DNA from: an uncultured Oscillospiraceae bacterium
Lineage (GTDB): Bacteria; Bacillota; Clostridia; Christensenellales; CAG-314
DNA: 64,000 nt
Reading direction: 5' to 3'
NCBI GenBank assembly: GCA_964521735.1
Contig: CAZFTO010000001.1
Coordinates: forward strand, 72,442-136,441
Part shown: in pieces, positions 43,820 to 53,609 of the stretch
How the letters are laid out: each line of letters begins with the position of its first letter
Position numbering within the stretch: position 1 is the first letter of the stretch
Program-made: the position numbers and the translations under genes
The notes under the pieces: model-generated
What the model saw: the letters and a program-made list of their open reading frames with translations, nothing else
Told to the model about the DNA's origin: nothing
Database searches by the model: none

Positions 43820-44239
43820 TTGTTTTTTCTCTGCCGCTAAAGCAGAAATTTAGTCTGTTTTTGAGGGAGGCAGTTTCCAAAAATATCTAATAGTTCTCAG
43901 CAGGCCCGACGTTTTGTTGGGCTTGTTTTTTGTTGCAAAACACCAAAAGTGGTGTGGCGTTTGCCGTTTTCTGTTTGCTTTTTAGCACTAGGCTTCAAGT
44001 TTTGTTTGCCTGGTGGTGTTGCAATTTTTTTGCATGCGCTTGAAGCATTTTGCCAGCAGTGCAAAAGGCGTGTTAAAAATAAAATTTTGTTTCTTTTCTC
44101 CATCTACAAACAACGCCAAGAGTGGCGGCCCAAAATATGTTTTTTGTTCTTTTACACATCAAAACGGAACGAATTTTTATATATATCCTAGAATATATCC
44201 TATACATAAGTGAACAGCATTTTTTATTGCCAAAACACC

Positions 44240-44268
44240 TTGACATTGACATTTTGTGCGGTTATAAT
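44240..44268 (+). promoter_or_regulatory. Perfect-consensus sigma-A promoter for the ATPase gene
   Basis: TTGACA - 17 nt - TATAAT. Confidence 0.7.
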
Positions 44269-44318
44269 TACTCAGTAAATGTGGGCAGTGTGCCCAAAAA
44301 AGAAAATTCGGAGGAATT

Positions 44319-46232
44319 ATGGCTAGTCTACAACTTAACCACATATACAAGGTTTACCCCAACGGCGTAAAGGCCGTCAACGATTTCTGCATGGATATCG
44401 CCGATAAAGAATTTATCGTTTTCGTTGGTCCGTCCGGTTGCGGAAAATCCACCACGCTAAGAATGATTGCCGGTTTGGAAGATATCACCGCTGGCGAATT
44501 GCGCATTGGCGACGTTGTTGTCAACGACGTGGAACCCAAGGATAGAGACATTGCAATGGTGTTCCAAAGCTATGCTTTGTATCCCCACATGACTGTCTAC
44601 GAAAACATGGCGTTTGGTCTTCGTTTGCGCAAACTTCCCAAGGAAGAAATCGATCGCAAAGTTAGGGAAGCTGCCGAAATTTTGGGCATCACCGAATATT
44701 TGAATAGAAAACCCAAAGAAATGTCCGGCGGACAACGTCAACGTGTTGCATTGGGACGCGCTATCGTTCGTGAGCCCAAAGTATTTTTGCTAGACGAACC
44801 TCTTTCCAACTTGGATGCAAAATTGCGCACGGCAATGCGTTCGGAAATTTCCAAGTTGCACCACAAACTTCAAACCACCTTCATTTACGTAACGCACGAC
44901 CAAGTTGAAGCAATGACTATGGGCACAAGAATTGTTGTTATGAAAGATGGTTTTGTGCAACAAATTGATACTCCCAGAAACCTATATCGTTTCCCTGGCA
45001 ACAAGTTTGTTGCCGGCTTCATCGGAACGCCTCAAATGAACTTCTTCGACGGCCGTTTGAATCTTCACGACGACGTTGTGGACGTTACGTTCAACAACAC
45101 TCCCGTCAGACTAACCGTTCCTGCCGACTATTTCAACAAAACAAAACGTTCCTATTTAGACGGCCAACAAGACGTTATAATTGGTTTGCGTGCAGAACAC
45201 GTTTCCGTTGATGCAAACCGCTATCCTTTCAAGGCAAAATGCCGTGTTTCTCACACCGAAGAATTGGGCACCGACTGTCAAGTTTATGCCGATTTCAACA
45301 TTGACGGTGTGGATACCATTGGCGAAAGCCCCACAAGAGTTATTGTTAAGGCGCCTGCCGGCAGCTACTACGACGTGGACGAAATCATCGAAGTTTCGTT
45401 GGATATGTCTCACTTGCACGTGTTCGATATCGAAACGGAAGATACCATCACTCCGCGTATTCCTCAAGAAATTGTTGTGGACGGCGCTGTTCAATCCAAC
45501 GTTCTTTCCGTGTTGAACCAAAAAATTGCATTGCCAGAAGCAATCCAAGCTGCCGATGGCAACTATCAAGTTTCCATTCCCACTTCCGCAATTTCTCTTG
45601 GCGGCACAATCCCTGCAACGGTGATTGAAGAAGAAGACGTCAACGGTCAACGCCTTGTTCACCTAAAGGTTGGCGACAGAGTTTTGTTTGCAGTTATCGA
45701 TAAGGAAGTTGTTATCGGCAAAGAAGTCAACATTGCTATCGACCTCAAACAAATTGCATTGACAGACGACTTAGATACCATCCAACCGTTGAATTGCAAC
45801 AACGTTTTGCCCGGCAAAATTTCCAAGCACAAAATCACCGTCGAAAAACTTATCAACGACAAAATCAAAAAGATCAAAGACCTTGCATTCACCTTGGATA
45901 TTGGTGAGGCTTCCTTCGATTGCCCCCGTGCGCTTGCTATGCGTCTGGTTAACGGCGGCGGTCAAGACGTTTTCGAAAAGGCTTTGGACTTTGGCTTTAC
46001 CGCATACGATGCAGTTATCAGCGACGAAAAAGGCATCAACGCAAGCGTTGAAGCAATTTTGAACTACGGCACCGAAAAATTTGCCGCATGCCGTGTTGGC
46101 GACGCAACCATTAACATTTTCGTTCCCGAACACCAAGCCACTTTGCTTCGCGTTGGCGACAGCGTGAACATTGTTCCCGAAGTGGAAAAATTGGCCATTG
46201 TGGAAGTTGCTCGCGGAATCCGTCTTGCATAG
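44319..46232 (+). CDS. msmX: MsmX/MalK-type sugar ABC ATPase with a ~260-aa C-terminal extension
   Basis: Walker [11 protein letters not shown]-loop, signature LSGGQRQR, Walker [12 protein letters not shown]. The MalK-like regulatory domain ends near ...[12 protein letters not shown], then ~260 extra residues follow with repeated VGD[RS]V...I...K OB/TOBE-like strands. Confidence 0.85.
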   Translation: MASLQLNHIYKVYPNGVKAVNDFCMDIADKEFIVFVGPSGCGKSTTLRMIAGLEDITAGELRIGDVVVNDVEPKDRDIAMVFQSYALYPHMTVYENMAFGLRLRKLPKEEIDRKVREAAEILGITEYLNRKPKEMSGGQRQRVALGRAIVREPKVFLLDEPLSNLDAKLRTAMRSEISKLHHKLQTTFIYVTHDQVEAMTMGTRIVVMKDGFVQQIDTPRNLYRFPGNKFVAGFIGTPQMNFFDGRLNLHDDVVDVTFNNTPVRLTVPADYFNKTKRSYLDGQQDVIIGLRAEHVSVDANRYPFKAKCRVSHTEELGTDCQVYADFNIDGVDTIGESPTRVIVKAPAGSYYDVDEIIEVSLDMSHLHVFDIETEDTITPRIPQEIVVDGAVQSNVLSVLNQKIALPEAIQAADGNYQVSIPTSAISLGGTIPATVIEEEDVNGQRLVHLKVGDRVLFAVIDKEVVIGKEVNIAIDLKQIALTDDLDTIQPLNCNNVLPGKISKHKITVEKLINDKIKKIKDLAFTLDIGEASFDCPRALAMRLVNGGGQDVFEKALDFGFTAYDAVISDEKGINASVEAILNYGTEKFAACRVGDATINIFVPEHQATLLRVGDSVNIVPEVEKLAIVEVARGIRLA

Positions 46233-46247
46233 TTTAACAAAACTTCA

Positions 46248-46281
46248 GGGCTCATCCTCAAAAGGGTGGGCTCTTTTTTTT
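46248..46281 (+). terminator. Rho-independent terminator (stem with G-U pairs)
   Basis: gggctcatcc-tcaaaa-gggtgggctc hairpin followed by T8. Confidence 0.55.
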
Positions 46282-46899
46282 GTGTTTTTGTTGCACGGCG
46301 GTTGGGAAGGGCAGCAGAAGAAGCATTTGTGGTTGAAAATTAGTTGCGACGTTTAAATTGCGTTTGGTGGGTTTGTGGCACGTTGCAGTGTAAAAGCCTT
46401 TGGGCGGCTTGAAATACGTTGTGACGGGAAACACGTTGCGGCTCTTGGTGTTCAAAAAAGTTGCGTGCAGTAAACTGTTAGTGGTTTGCAAAAAAGTCTA
46501 GCGCGGCATCATGCGCAAAGAATATTATTTTTGCCGGAAGTTTTCAAAAATAACGTTAGTTTTGACATGCATTAAATAATTCAATTTGCCGCCGGCCTTA
46601 TTTTGCAGCACGCTTGGCAACGACTGGTTCACAAAAAGCTTGTTTTTTTGTTGCGTTTTATTTGTTCGTACCGTTCAAAATGCACAGCAAAACGTATAAA
46701 GCATGGCAAAATATGCGTGTGTTTTTATCGCAAAAGCATAATTTTTGACGACAAAAACATGGCAAAAATTGTTTCATAGTGTTTCATATTTGTGAACAAA
46801 CTTTTCGTTTTTTATTTTTTAAAAAAAGGCCTTTTTGTGCTTTACAAAAAAGGGCGGTAGTGGTAGTCTATATGATAGACATAGTATGGAGAACAAAAG

Positions 46900-47223
46900 A
46901 TGAAAGTTATTTCAAGTGATATGCTTCGAGGACATATCGACACCTTCGTTTTATCCGCCTTGATTAGCGGAACAAAGTACGGCAACGAGATTCGCCGTTA
47001 TATTGCGCAAAAAACCAACAACTTGTACGTTCCCAACGAACAAAGTTTGTATTCGGCCTACCATCGTTTGGAAGACATGGAATGCATCAAAGGTTTTTGG
47101 GGCGAAAACGTTGGCGCAACGCGCAAGTACTATACCATCACCGATAAGGGCAGGCAACTTTACGAGTTGAACAAGCGCGAATGGCAAAATGCCAAAAAGT
47201 TGATAGATTTTTTGATTGGTTGA
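46900..47223 (+). CDS. PadR family transcriptional regulator
   Basis: LRGHIDTFVLSALISGTKYGNEI...YSAYHRLEDMECIKGFWGE...RKYYTITDKGRQ. Confidence 0.85.
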   Translation: MKVISSDMLRGHIDTFVLSALISGTKYGNEIRRYIAQKTNNLYVPNEQSLYSAYHRLEDMECIKGFWGENVGATRKYYTITDKGRQLYELNKREWQNAKKLIDFLIG

Positions 47224-47230
47224 GGCAGTT

Positions 47231-48133
47231 ATGAAGTATTCGGAAATAACCGTCAGCACCAAAAGTGAAGCGGCGGAACTCGTCGCTTATTTCTTGCAAG
47301 AAGTTTGCATGGACGGCGTTAGCATATACGACAAAAACGATTTGTACCAAAACGCCACGTGGGACTACAAGGACGATGCGGCGGATGCTATCTATGGCGA
47401 AGAAGTGCTGGTAAAAGGCTATTGCAATTTGGAAGAAACGACGTCCGTTTTGGATCATTTGCAAAGCAGTTTTGCTTCCCTTCAAAACGCTGGCAGCTTG
47501 AAGGTGCAAGTTGCACAAGTGGAAGGCGACGCGTGGGTAGAAACATGGAAGCAAACGTTCCGTCCCATCGAAACGGAAAAACTTGTTATTTGCCCCGAAT
47601 GGCAAACTTGCCAAGACAACGGCAAAAGGGTTCTGCTCCTAGATACCGGCATTGCCTTTGGCACCGGTCAGCACGAAACAACGTCATTGTGCTTGCAATT
47701 TGCCGAACAAACGGCCTTGCAAGGCAAGCGCATTCTCGACGTTGGTTGCGGAAGCGGAATTTTGGGGCTTGCCGCATTGACGTTGGGCGCAAACAGTGCT
47801 GAATTAGTGGATATCGACAGCCAAGCAACGGCCATTGCATTGCACAATGCGCAAATAAACGGCCTTGAGGATAAGTGCAAAATTTTCACTGGCAACCTAA
47901 CCGAACAAACGGATGGCGTTTTCGACGTGGTGTTTGCAAATTTGACGGCGGATATTTTGGCGCTGCTTTTCGAAGGCATTTCGTCGGTGGTGCACAAAAA
48001 TACAATCGTTATTATTTCGGGCATTTTGGACGTTAAGTTGCAAGGCGTGTTGGATTTGTATTCGCAGAAGTTTTGCAATTTTGAAGTAAAGCGTCGTGGA
48101 GAATGGTGCGCACTGCGCATGAACGTGAAGTGA
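47231..48133 (+). CDS. prmA: Ribosomal protein L11 methyltransferase
   Basis: MKYSEITVSTKSEAAELVAYFL, FGTGQHETTSLCLQ, and SAM motif ILDVGCGSGILGLAA. Confidence 0.9.
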   Translation: MKYSEITVSTKSEAAELVAYFLQEVCMDGVSIYDKNDLYQNATWDYKDDAADAIYGEEVLVKGYCNLEETTSVLDHLQSSFASLQNAGSLKVQVAQVEGDAWVETWKQTFRPIETEKLVICPEWQTCQDNGKRVLLLDTGIAFGTGQHETTSLCLQFAEQTALQGKRILDVGCGSGILGLAALTLGANSAELVDIDSQATAIALHNAQINGLEDKCKIFTGNLTEQTDGVFDVVFANLTADILALLFEGISSVVHKNTIVIISGILDVKLQGVLDLYSQKFCNFEVKRRGEWCALRMNVK

Positions 48134-48134
48134 T

Positions 48135-49370
48135 ATGGTAGTTTCGGTCTTTACATTGGGTTGCAAAACCAACTTATACGAAAGCGGACAAATTATCACC
48201 GCGCTAAAAAACGCCGGCCACGAGGCATTCCACGGGCTCAAAAAGGCCGATGCCTTCATTTTGAACACGTGTGCCATCACCAAAGAGGCGGAAAACAAGT
48301 CGCGTCAGTTGGTGGCTCGTGCTCGCAAACTAAACCCAAATTGCAAAGTGCTTATTGTGGGTTGCGCTGCCGAAAAAAACAGCAATCAGTTTGTGGATAT
48401 TCCCAACGTCACTTTTATCAAGGGCGTTGCCGATAAAACAAAAATTGTGGACGAGCTGCAAAACGTGGGCGTGTGCGTGGAAGAAGTGCCCTCTTGCTTT
48501 GCCGAAAGTGTTTTTTCTTCGCAAAGCCGCACTCGCGCTTTTGTAAAAATTCAGGACGGTTGCAACAATTTTTGCAGTTATTGCATTGTTCCCTATTTGC
48601 GTGGGCGCAGCCGTAGCCGCAAAATTTCCGACATAGCAGAAGAAGTTAGGCGTGCGAACAGCGCCGAAACGGTGCTTATCGGCATAGATATTTCACAATT
48701 TGGTCGTGATACAGGCGAAAGTTTGCCACAGCTTATGCAAGCGTTGCAAGGCATTCCCACGCGAATTCGCCTTGGCAGTTTGGAAGAAAGCGTCGTAACC
48801 GACGAGTTGTTGCAAAGTTTGCAAACAATCAATTTTTGTCCGCATTTTCACCTGTCGTTGCAAAGCGGTTGCGACACGGTGTTGAAGCGCATGAACAGAA
48901 AATACACAACGGAACAATATTTCCAGGCGGTTCAAAAAATACGCAAAATCTTTCCGCAAGCGGCAATCACCACCGACGTCATAGTGGGTTTTTGCGGCGA
49001 AACGGACGAAGAATTTGAAGAAACTTGCCGTTTTGTGCAAAAAGTTGGTTTTGCCGATATTCACGTGTTCCCATTTTCCCCAAGGGAAGGCACCGTGGCA
49101 TACAGTTGGCCCGACGTAGACGGCAAAGTTAAAACGGCTCGTGCCGAAAAACTTGCGCAAACAAAAGCGCAGCTAAAAGCTAATTTTATCAGCAGTTTTT
49201 TGGGCAACGTTCGCCCCGTGTTGTGTGAACGCAAGAAAAACGGCGTTTTCGAAGGATACACGCCGGAATATTTGCGTGTATATTTTGGCGGTAACGCAAC
49301 CGTTGGCAAGGTTGTCAACGTAAAAATAACGCAGCCCTATTTGGACGGGGCAAAAGGAGAATTGCTATGA
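48135..49370 (+). CDS. mtaB: MiaB-like radical-SAM tRNA methylthiotransferase (MtaB type)
   Basis: UPF0004 N-terminal domain (FTLGCKTNLYESG), radical SAM cluster (QDGCNNFCSYCIVPYLRG), and a TRAM-like C-terminus. prmA-mtaB adjacency is common. Confidence 0.8.
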   Translation: MVVSVFTLGCKTNLYESGQIITALKNAGHEAFHGLKKADAFILNTCAITKEAENKSRQLVARARKLNPNCKVLIVGCAAEKNSNQFVDIPNVTFIKGVADKTKIVDELQNVGVCVEEVPSCFAESVFSSQSRTRAFVKIQDGCNNFCSYCIVPYLRGRSRSRKISDIAEEVRRANSAETVLIGIDISQFGRDTGESLPQLMQALQGIPTRIRLGSLEESVVTDELLQSLQTINFCPHFHLSLQSGCDTVLKRMNRKYTTEQYFQAVQKIRKIFPQAAITTDVIVGFCGETDEEFEETCRFVQKVGFADIHVFPFSPREGTVAYSWPDVDGKVKTARAEKLAQTKAQLKANFISSFLGNVRPVLCERKKNGVFEGYTPEYLRVYFGGNATVGKVVNVKITQPYLDGAKGELL

Positions 49371-49774
49371 GCGATTGCATTTTTTGCAAAATAATAAAAG
49401 GAGAAATTCCTTCACATAAAATCTACGAAGACGAATACGTCTATGCATTTTTGGATATTGCTTGCGACTGCTACGGTCACACACTGGTAATTCCCAAAAA
49501 GCATTGCGAAAACGTTATGGATTGCGACAGCCTTTATTTGGCGCACATTTTGCCTGCGATACAAAAAATTTCCCGTCACTACGTTGAAGATTGCGGTTTC
49601 AGTGGTGTAAACGTTTTGAACGCCAGCGGCAAAAGTGCCGAGCAAAGTGTGTTCCACTTGCATTTTCACATAATCCCGCGCAAGGAAAACGACGGTTTGC
49701 ACACTTGGCCGTTCGACGAAAAACACGATTTCGATTTGGCCGACGTGTGTCAAAAGCTTAAACTTACAAAATAG
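49367..49774 (+). CDS. HIT (histidine triad) family protein
   Basis: CIFCKII N-terminus and the HLHFHIIPR triad. ATGA overlap with mtaB. Confidence 0.9.
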   Translation: MSDCIFCKIIKGEIPSHKIYEDEYVYAFLDIACDCYGHTLVIPKKHCENVMDCDSLYLAHILPAIQKISRHYVEDCGFSGVNVLNASGKSAEQSVFHLHFHIIPRKENDGLHTWPFDEKHDFDLADVCQKLKLTK

Positions 49775-50287
49775 GCCAAGATAAAATCGGCTATTGTGTT
49801 TTTGTTGTGCAGTTCCGTTGCGCAAGGCATATTTGCCACGTGGTTTTGGTGGCAAAGCTATATTGCGCCTGCAAGGCGCGTATTGTTTTTTGAAGAATAG
49901 TCAACACTTTTTGCAAAGCAATTTGCAAAAAGTGTTTTTCTTTTTGAAAGAAGCTTTGCAAAAAATTTGACGAAATTTTGGTTTGTTCGGCATCAAAACG
50001 CAAGTTGGGATCGCGTAAAAAACGCAAACAAGTTATTTGGGTTGAGTAAAAAAATCCTAAATTCGCAAAATAACCGCTGACAAATCAATTTTTGCACAAA
50101 ACAGGGCGTATTTCGGCATTTTTATGCATCAAAACTGCATTTTTTTTTCAAAAACCCGTTGCGTTTTGTATTTGGTTGTGTTAAACTAGTTGCACGGCGG
50201 CAAAGATCGTTGGTTTTGTCGTGTATAAACAGGATACTACCGCAAAGCGGTTTGTATATTTTTTTAACAAAAAAAGGAGAAAAGAAA

Positions 50288-50908
50288 ATGAAAAAAATTG
50301 TTACGCTTGTTCTTGTAGCAATGCTCGCAATTTCTTGCGTAGTTGCTCTTGCAGCTTGCCAAGCAGAACCCCTTGCAAACCCCGATTATGATTATATCAT
50401 CACCGGACAATTCAACGGCTGGGGCGTTCCCAAAGATGCTAACGATGCCAGCAAAATCGACGCTAAGTACCAAATGGAAGCTATCGCTGTTTCCGACGCT
50501 CGCGTTGCTAGCATCAAAGCTCAACTTAAGAATGCTAAATATCTCTACATCGTTGAACACGTTGTTACCGATACCGGTGCTGGTTGGGATTTCGGCTATG
50601 CTTTGACAGAAGGCGCTGCAGTTACGAAGTTCGACGGTAACCAAGCTATCAAAGTTATCAAAACCAAATACACAGAAGAAGGCGGCGTAGGCGCTTGGGA
50701 ACAAAACTGGCTTCCCGATGCTGGTAACACCACAGTTGTTAGCCTTACTCCCGGCACCATCTATTTGCCTCCTCACTCCGAAGCTCCCACCTATGAAAAC
50801 AGTGGTGCTTGGAATGATAACCCCGCAGTTTTGACGGCTGGAACATACTACATCGTATTTGTAGAATACACCGATGGAACTTTCGGACTTGGAGCAATTG
50901 CGAAATAG
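50288..50908 (+). CDS. Lipoprotein of unknown function (possible carbohydrate-binding fold)
   Basis: ATG at 50288 follows the aaaggagaa RBS. Lipobox: VVALAAC|Q. The GQFNGWG motif is reminiscent of GxFNxW starch/glycogen-binding modules, which is weak evidence. Confidence 0.6.
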   Translation: MKKIVTLVLVAMLAISCVVALAACQAEPLANPDYDYIITGQFNGWGVPKDANDASKIDAKYQMEAIAVSDARVASIKAQLKNAKYLYIVEHVVTDTGAGWDFGYALTEGAAVTKFDGNQAIKVIKTKYTEEGGVGAWEQNWLPDAGNTTVVSLTPGTIYLPPHSEAPTYENSGAWNDNPAVLTAGTYYIVFVEYTDGTFGLGAIAK

Positions 50909-50930
50909 TTTTTCGAAATAGCAAAAAAAT

Positions 50931-50959
50931 AGACTTGCACTTGTTGCAAGTCTTTTTTT
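50931..50959. terminator. Bidirectional terminator between convergent genes
   Basis: agacttgca-cttgt-tgcaagtct hairpin flanked by A7 and T7. Confidence 0.75.
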
Positions 50960-51042
50960 GTTTAGGAAAACCACCAGATGGACCGGTAGTTTTCCTAAAC
51001 AAAAGCGGCCCCCCTATTGGGCCGCTTGCAAACTCTGTTTTG

Positions 51043-51633
51043 TTATTTTTTTAGTGTGGAAACAATTTGTTCGCCTTGTTTTTCCAACGATTGTGCAAGT
51101 TGCTTGTCTTTTATCAAGCAAGTGTTGGCATATACGTTTTCCATGGAGTTTTCTATTATGTTGGCAAACAAATCCATGCCTATTTTGCAATCGGATGCAA
51201 CGTAGCGGTACAAAAACGGATAGGTGCGGTTTTGCGCCACCGACAAAGCTTCGCGGCAAACGCTCATCACTTCCAACGGAACAAGCGCCGCTTTGTGGTA
51301 GGCCTTTTGCAGTTGGTTGGTGCGGTGGGTTTGTTGTTCGGCATTTTCTTTGGGAAGGTGCGTGCAATCTATTATGCGGCGAAAAGCTTCGGCATCGTCA
51401 TTGGAAAGTTGTTCCAAACGTCTGCGCGCGTGGGCAAACAGTGTTGCGCTGTGTTGCAAGTATTGCGCTTTTTCGTCGTTCGGGTCAAGTTTCGTCAGCG
51501 TAACGTTGACGGACATTTCTGCAAGGGAGCAAGCAATGGTGCCCACAATGGCCAAAGCGCTGCCGCCACCGGGTGTGGGCGCTTTGGAAGCAAGAATTTT
51601 ATTATATTCGGCAATGGATAATTTTTCAAACAT
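51043..51633 (-). CDS. Cyclodeaminase/cyclohydrolase family protein (FTCD C-terminal domain-like)
   Basis: LSIAEYNKILASKAPTPGGGSALAIVGTIACSLAEMSVNVT is the typical family N-terminus. Confidence 0.8.
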   Translation of the reverse strand: MFEKLSIAEYNKILASKAPTPGGGSALAIVGTIACSLAEMSVNVTLTKLDPNDEKAQYLQHSATLFAHARRRLEQLSNDDAEAFRRIIDCTHLPKENAEQQTHRTNQLQKAYHKAALVPLEVMSVCREALSVAQNRTYPFLYRYVASDCKIGMDLFANIIENSMENVYANTCLIKDKQLAQSLEKQGEQIVSTLKK

Positions 51634-51701
51634 AGTGCACCTATTATACTAGTTTTGTTTTTTGTCGTCAACGATATTTTTTGTCCAAGACTGCATTTGT
51701 G

Positions 51702-52412
51702 CTAGGCAAAAAGAAAAACGGAAAATTGCAACTTGCCTTTTTTGCTTTGTCCAAGCGGCTGGCCAAAGGCAAACTTGCCATATCCTCGCACGGAAACGAC
51801 GTCGCCGTCGTTTAGCGGCCGTGTGGACTTTTGGCAAGGCAAACCGTTAAGCGAAACTTTTTGCAAATCTATCAGTTGGCTTGCCTGTTGTCGCGAAAGG
51901 TTAAACACTTTGCAAAGCACCGCATCCAACCTGTTGGAGGATACGGAAATTTTTGCTTGCTGCATTTGGGGCGCAAGGTTTGACGGAATTTCTTCAACAA
52001 ATTGTGTCTTCACGTTGTTTCTGCCCACACTCAGCAGGTTTTGCGCAACAAAATCGGCCACCGATTGGTGCAAAACGACATAACATTGCTTGCCTACAAA
52101 AATATCTCCAACCTTTTCGCGCGTTATTTGCAGCGCCATAATTGCGCCAAGCACGTCTCGGTGAGATAGTTCCGTTGCATACTTGCCGCCCGTTGGCGTT
52201 ATTTGCAAAACACGCAAGGGAAAGTCTTCGCCGCCACCAAAGCAAGCAATTTTTCGCTCGGCAAAACTTGTCCCGCCAAAAAAGGTAGGATCGTATGCGC
52301 AATATTTGGTGGCAATTTCCGCTTGCGTTTGTTCATTTAGGAAATTTGTAAAAACGGCAGTGCCGGTTTTTTGCGCGCGCAAGGCCAGTTCTTCAATGCG
52401 ATTTTCGTCCAT
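51702..52412 (-). CDS. ylmH: YlmH-like RNA-binding S4-domain protein
   Basis: TAVFTNFLNEQTQAEI...; C-terminal S4 block RLDAVLCKVFNLSRQQASQLIDLQKVSLNG. Confidence 0.75.
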   Translation of the reverse strand: MDENRIEELALRAQKTGTAVFTNFLNEQTQAEIATKYCAYDPTFFGGTSFAERKIACFGGGEDFPLRVLQITPTGGKYATELSHRDVLGAIMALQITREKVGDIFVGKQCYVVLHQSVADFVAQNLLSVGRNNVKTQFVEEIPSNLAPQMQQAKISVSSNRLDAVLCKVFNLSRQQASQLIDLQKVSLNGLPCQKSTRPLNDGDVVSVRGYGKFAFGQPLGQSKKGKLQFSVFLFA

Positions 52413-52464
52413 AGCAAAATTATAGGACTTTTTTTGCTATTTGTAAAGCCACGTCGCAATTTCG

Positions 52465-52493
52465 TTGAATTTTGTTAAAAAGCGTGGTATAAT
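52465..52493 (+). promoter_or_regulatory. Sigma-A-type promoter for mrp
   Basis: TTGAAT - 17 nt - (TGg)TATAAT. Confidence 0.6.
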
Positions 52494-52537
52494 TTGTTTG
52501 TTGCCGTCAAAAAATATATGGCAACGGGAGAACTAAC

Positions 52538-53350
52538 ATGTCAGATTGCACTCACGATTGTTCCAACTGCTCGGCCAACTGTGCAGAAAGACCGCAAAAG
52601 TTGCAACTTTCGCAAAATTCCAAAGTTAAAAAAGTTATTGCCGTTGTAAGCGGCAAGGGCGGCGTGGGCAAATCGCTGGTAACTTCGTTACTTGCAGTAG
52701 ATTTTCAACGCAAAAACTATCGCACGGCTGTTTTGGATGCCGACGTCACCGGGCCTTCCATTCCGCAAACGTTTGGTTTGCACCAAAATGCATTTGCCGA
52801 TGGCGAAACAATATATCCTGTAGAAACGGCCTTTGGCACAAAAGTTATGTCCATAAATTTGCTGTTAGAGCAGGAAACCGACCCTGTTGTTTGGCGCGGA
52901 CCGGTTATTGCCGGCGCAGTGGAACAATTTTGGACGGACGTTGCCTGGGGCGACGTGGACTATATGTTTGTGGATATGCCTCCCGGAACGGGCGACGTAC
53001 CGCTCACCGTGTTCCAATCGTTGCCGGTGGATGGCATTGTAATTGTAACTTCACCGCAAGAATTGGTCGGCATGATTGTTGGCAAAGCCGTCAAAATGGC
53101 ACAAATGATGAACGTGCCCGTGTTAGGCTTGGTGGAAAACATGTCGTATTTCTGTTGTCCCGATTGTGGCAAACAGCACAAAATCTACGGCGAAAGCCAC
53201 GTTGATCAATTTGCCGCCGAAAACGGCATCGACGTTGTGTGCAAATTGCCCATCGACCCTTCAATTGCTCGCTTGTGCGATTTGGGCCGTGTAGAAGAAT
53301 ATCACGGCGACTTTTTGGCACCGCTTGCCCAAAAGATTTTGAAATTGTAG
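52538..53350 (+). CDS. mrp: Mrp/NBP35 (ApbC) family iron-sulfur cluster carrier ATPase
   Basis: Cys-rich N-terminus (CTHDCSNCSANC), deviant Walker A (VVSGKGGVGKS), and a CCPDCG motif. Confidence 0.9.
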   Translation: MSDCTHDCSNCSANCAERPQKLQLSQNSKVKKVIAVVSGKGGVGKSLVTSLLAVDFQRKNYRTAVLDADVTGPSIPQTFGLHQNAFADGETIYPVETAFGTKVMSINLLLEQETDPVVWRGPVIAGAVEQFWTDVAWGDVDYMFVDMPPGTGDVPLTVFQSLPVDGIVIVTSPQELVGMIVGKAVKMAQMMNVPVLGLVENMSYFCCPDCGKQHKIYGESHVDQFAAENGIDVVCKLPIDPSIARLCDLGRVEEYHGDFLAPLAQKILKL

Positions 53351-53372
53351 TTTTTTTGAAACATCAATAAAA

Positions 53373-53412
53373 AACGGAATTCCTGTTTTGCTAGCAGAAG
53401 TTCCGTTTTTTG
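53373..53412. terminator. Probable bidirectional terminator (large loop)
   Basis: aacggaa...ttccgtt stem flanked by an A-run and T6. Lies between convergent mrp and the GSIII-like gene. Confidence 0.45.
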
Positions 53413-53609
53413 TTTGGGAACAGCAAAGTTAATGGCCTGATAGCAAAAGTTGCTGTAACTGTTGAACGACGGTAAACGCAGGCAAAGTAGTAAACGTGCC
53501 GCCCATTATGTGCGTTTTTTTGTGTGGCAACTACGGCGCAAAAGTTGCGTTTTTTTTGCGGCAGCAAATGTGTTCAAAACGTCGTTTGGGCGGCATTGTG
53601 CAAAAAATT

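Noticed and set aside
46283-46899. Gene-free 600-bp interval upstream of padR, with small ORFs 46258-46491(-) and 46171-46356(+)
   Set aside because: The small ORFs lack RBSs and any motifs. A weak palindrome (tctat-atg-ataga at ~46868) near the padR start is too short to call an operator with confidence.
50958-51652. + strand ORFs 50958-51503, 51067-51621 and 51317-51652
   Set aside because: They are antisense to the cyclodeaminase/cyclohydrolase-family gene and have no RBS or motifs.
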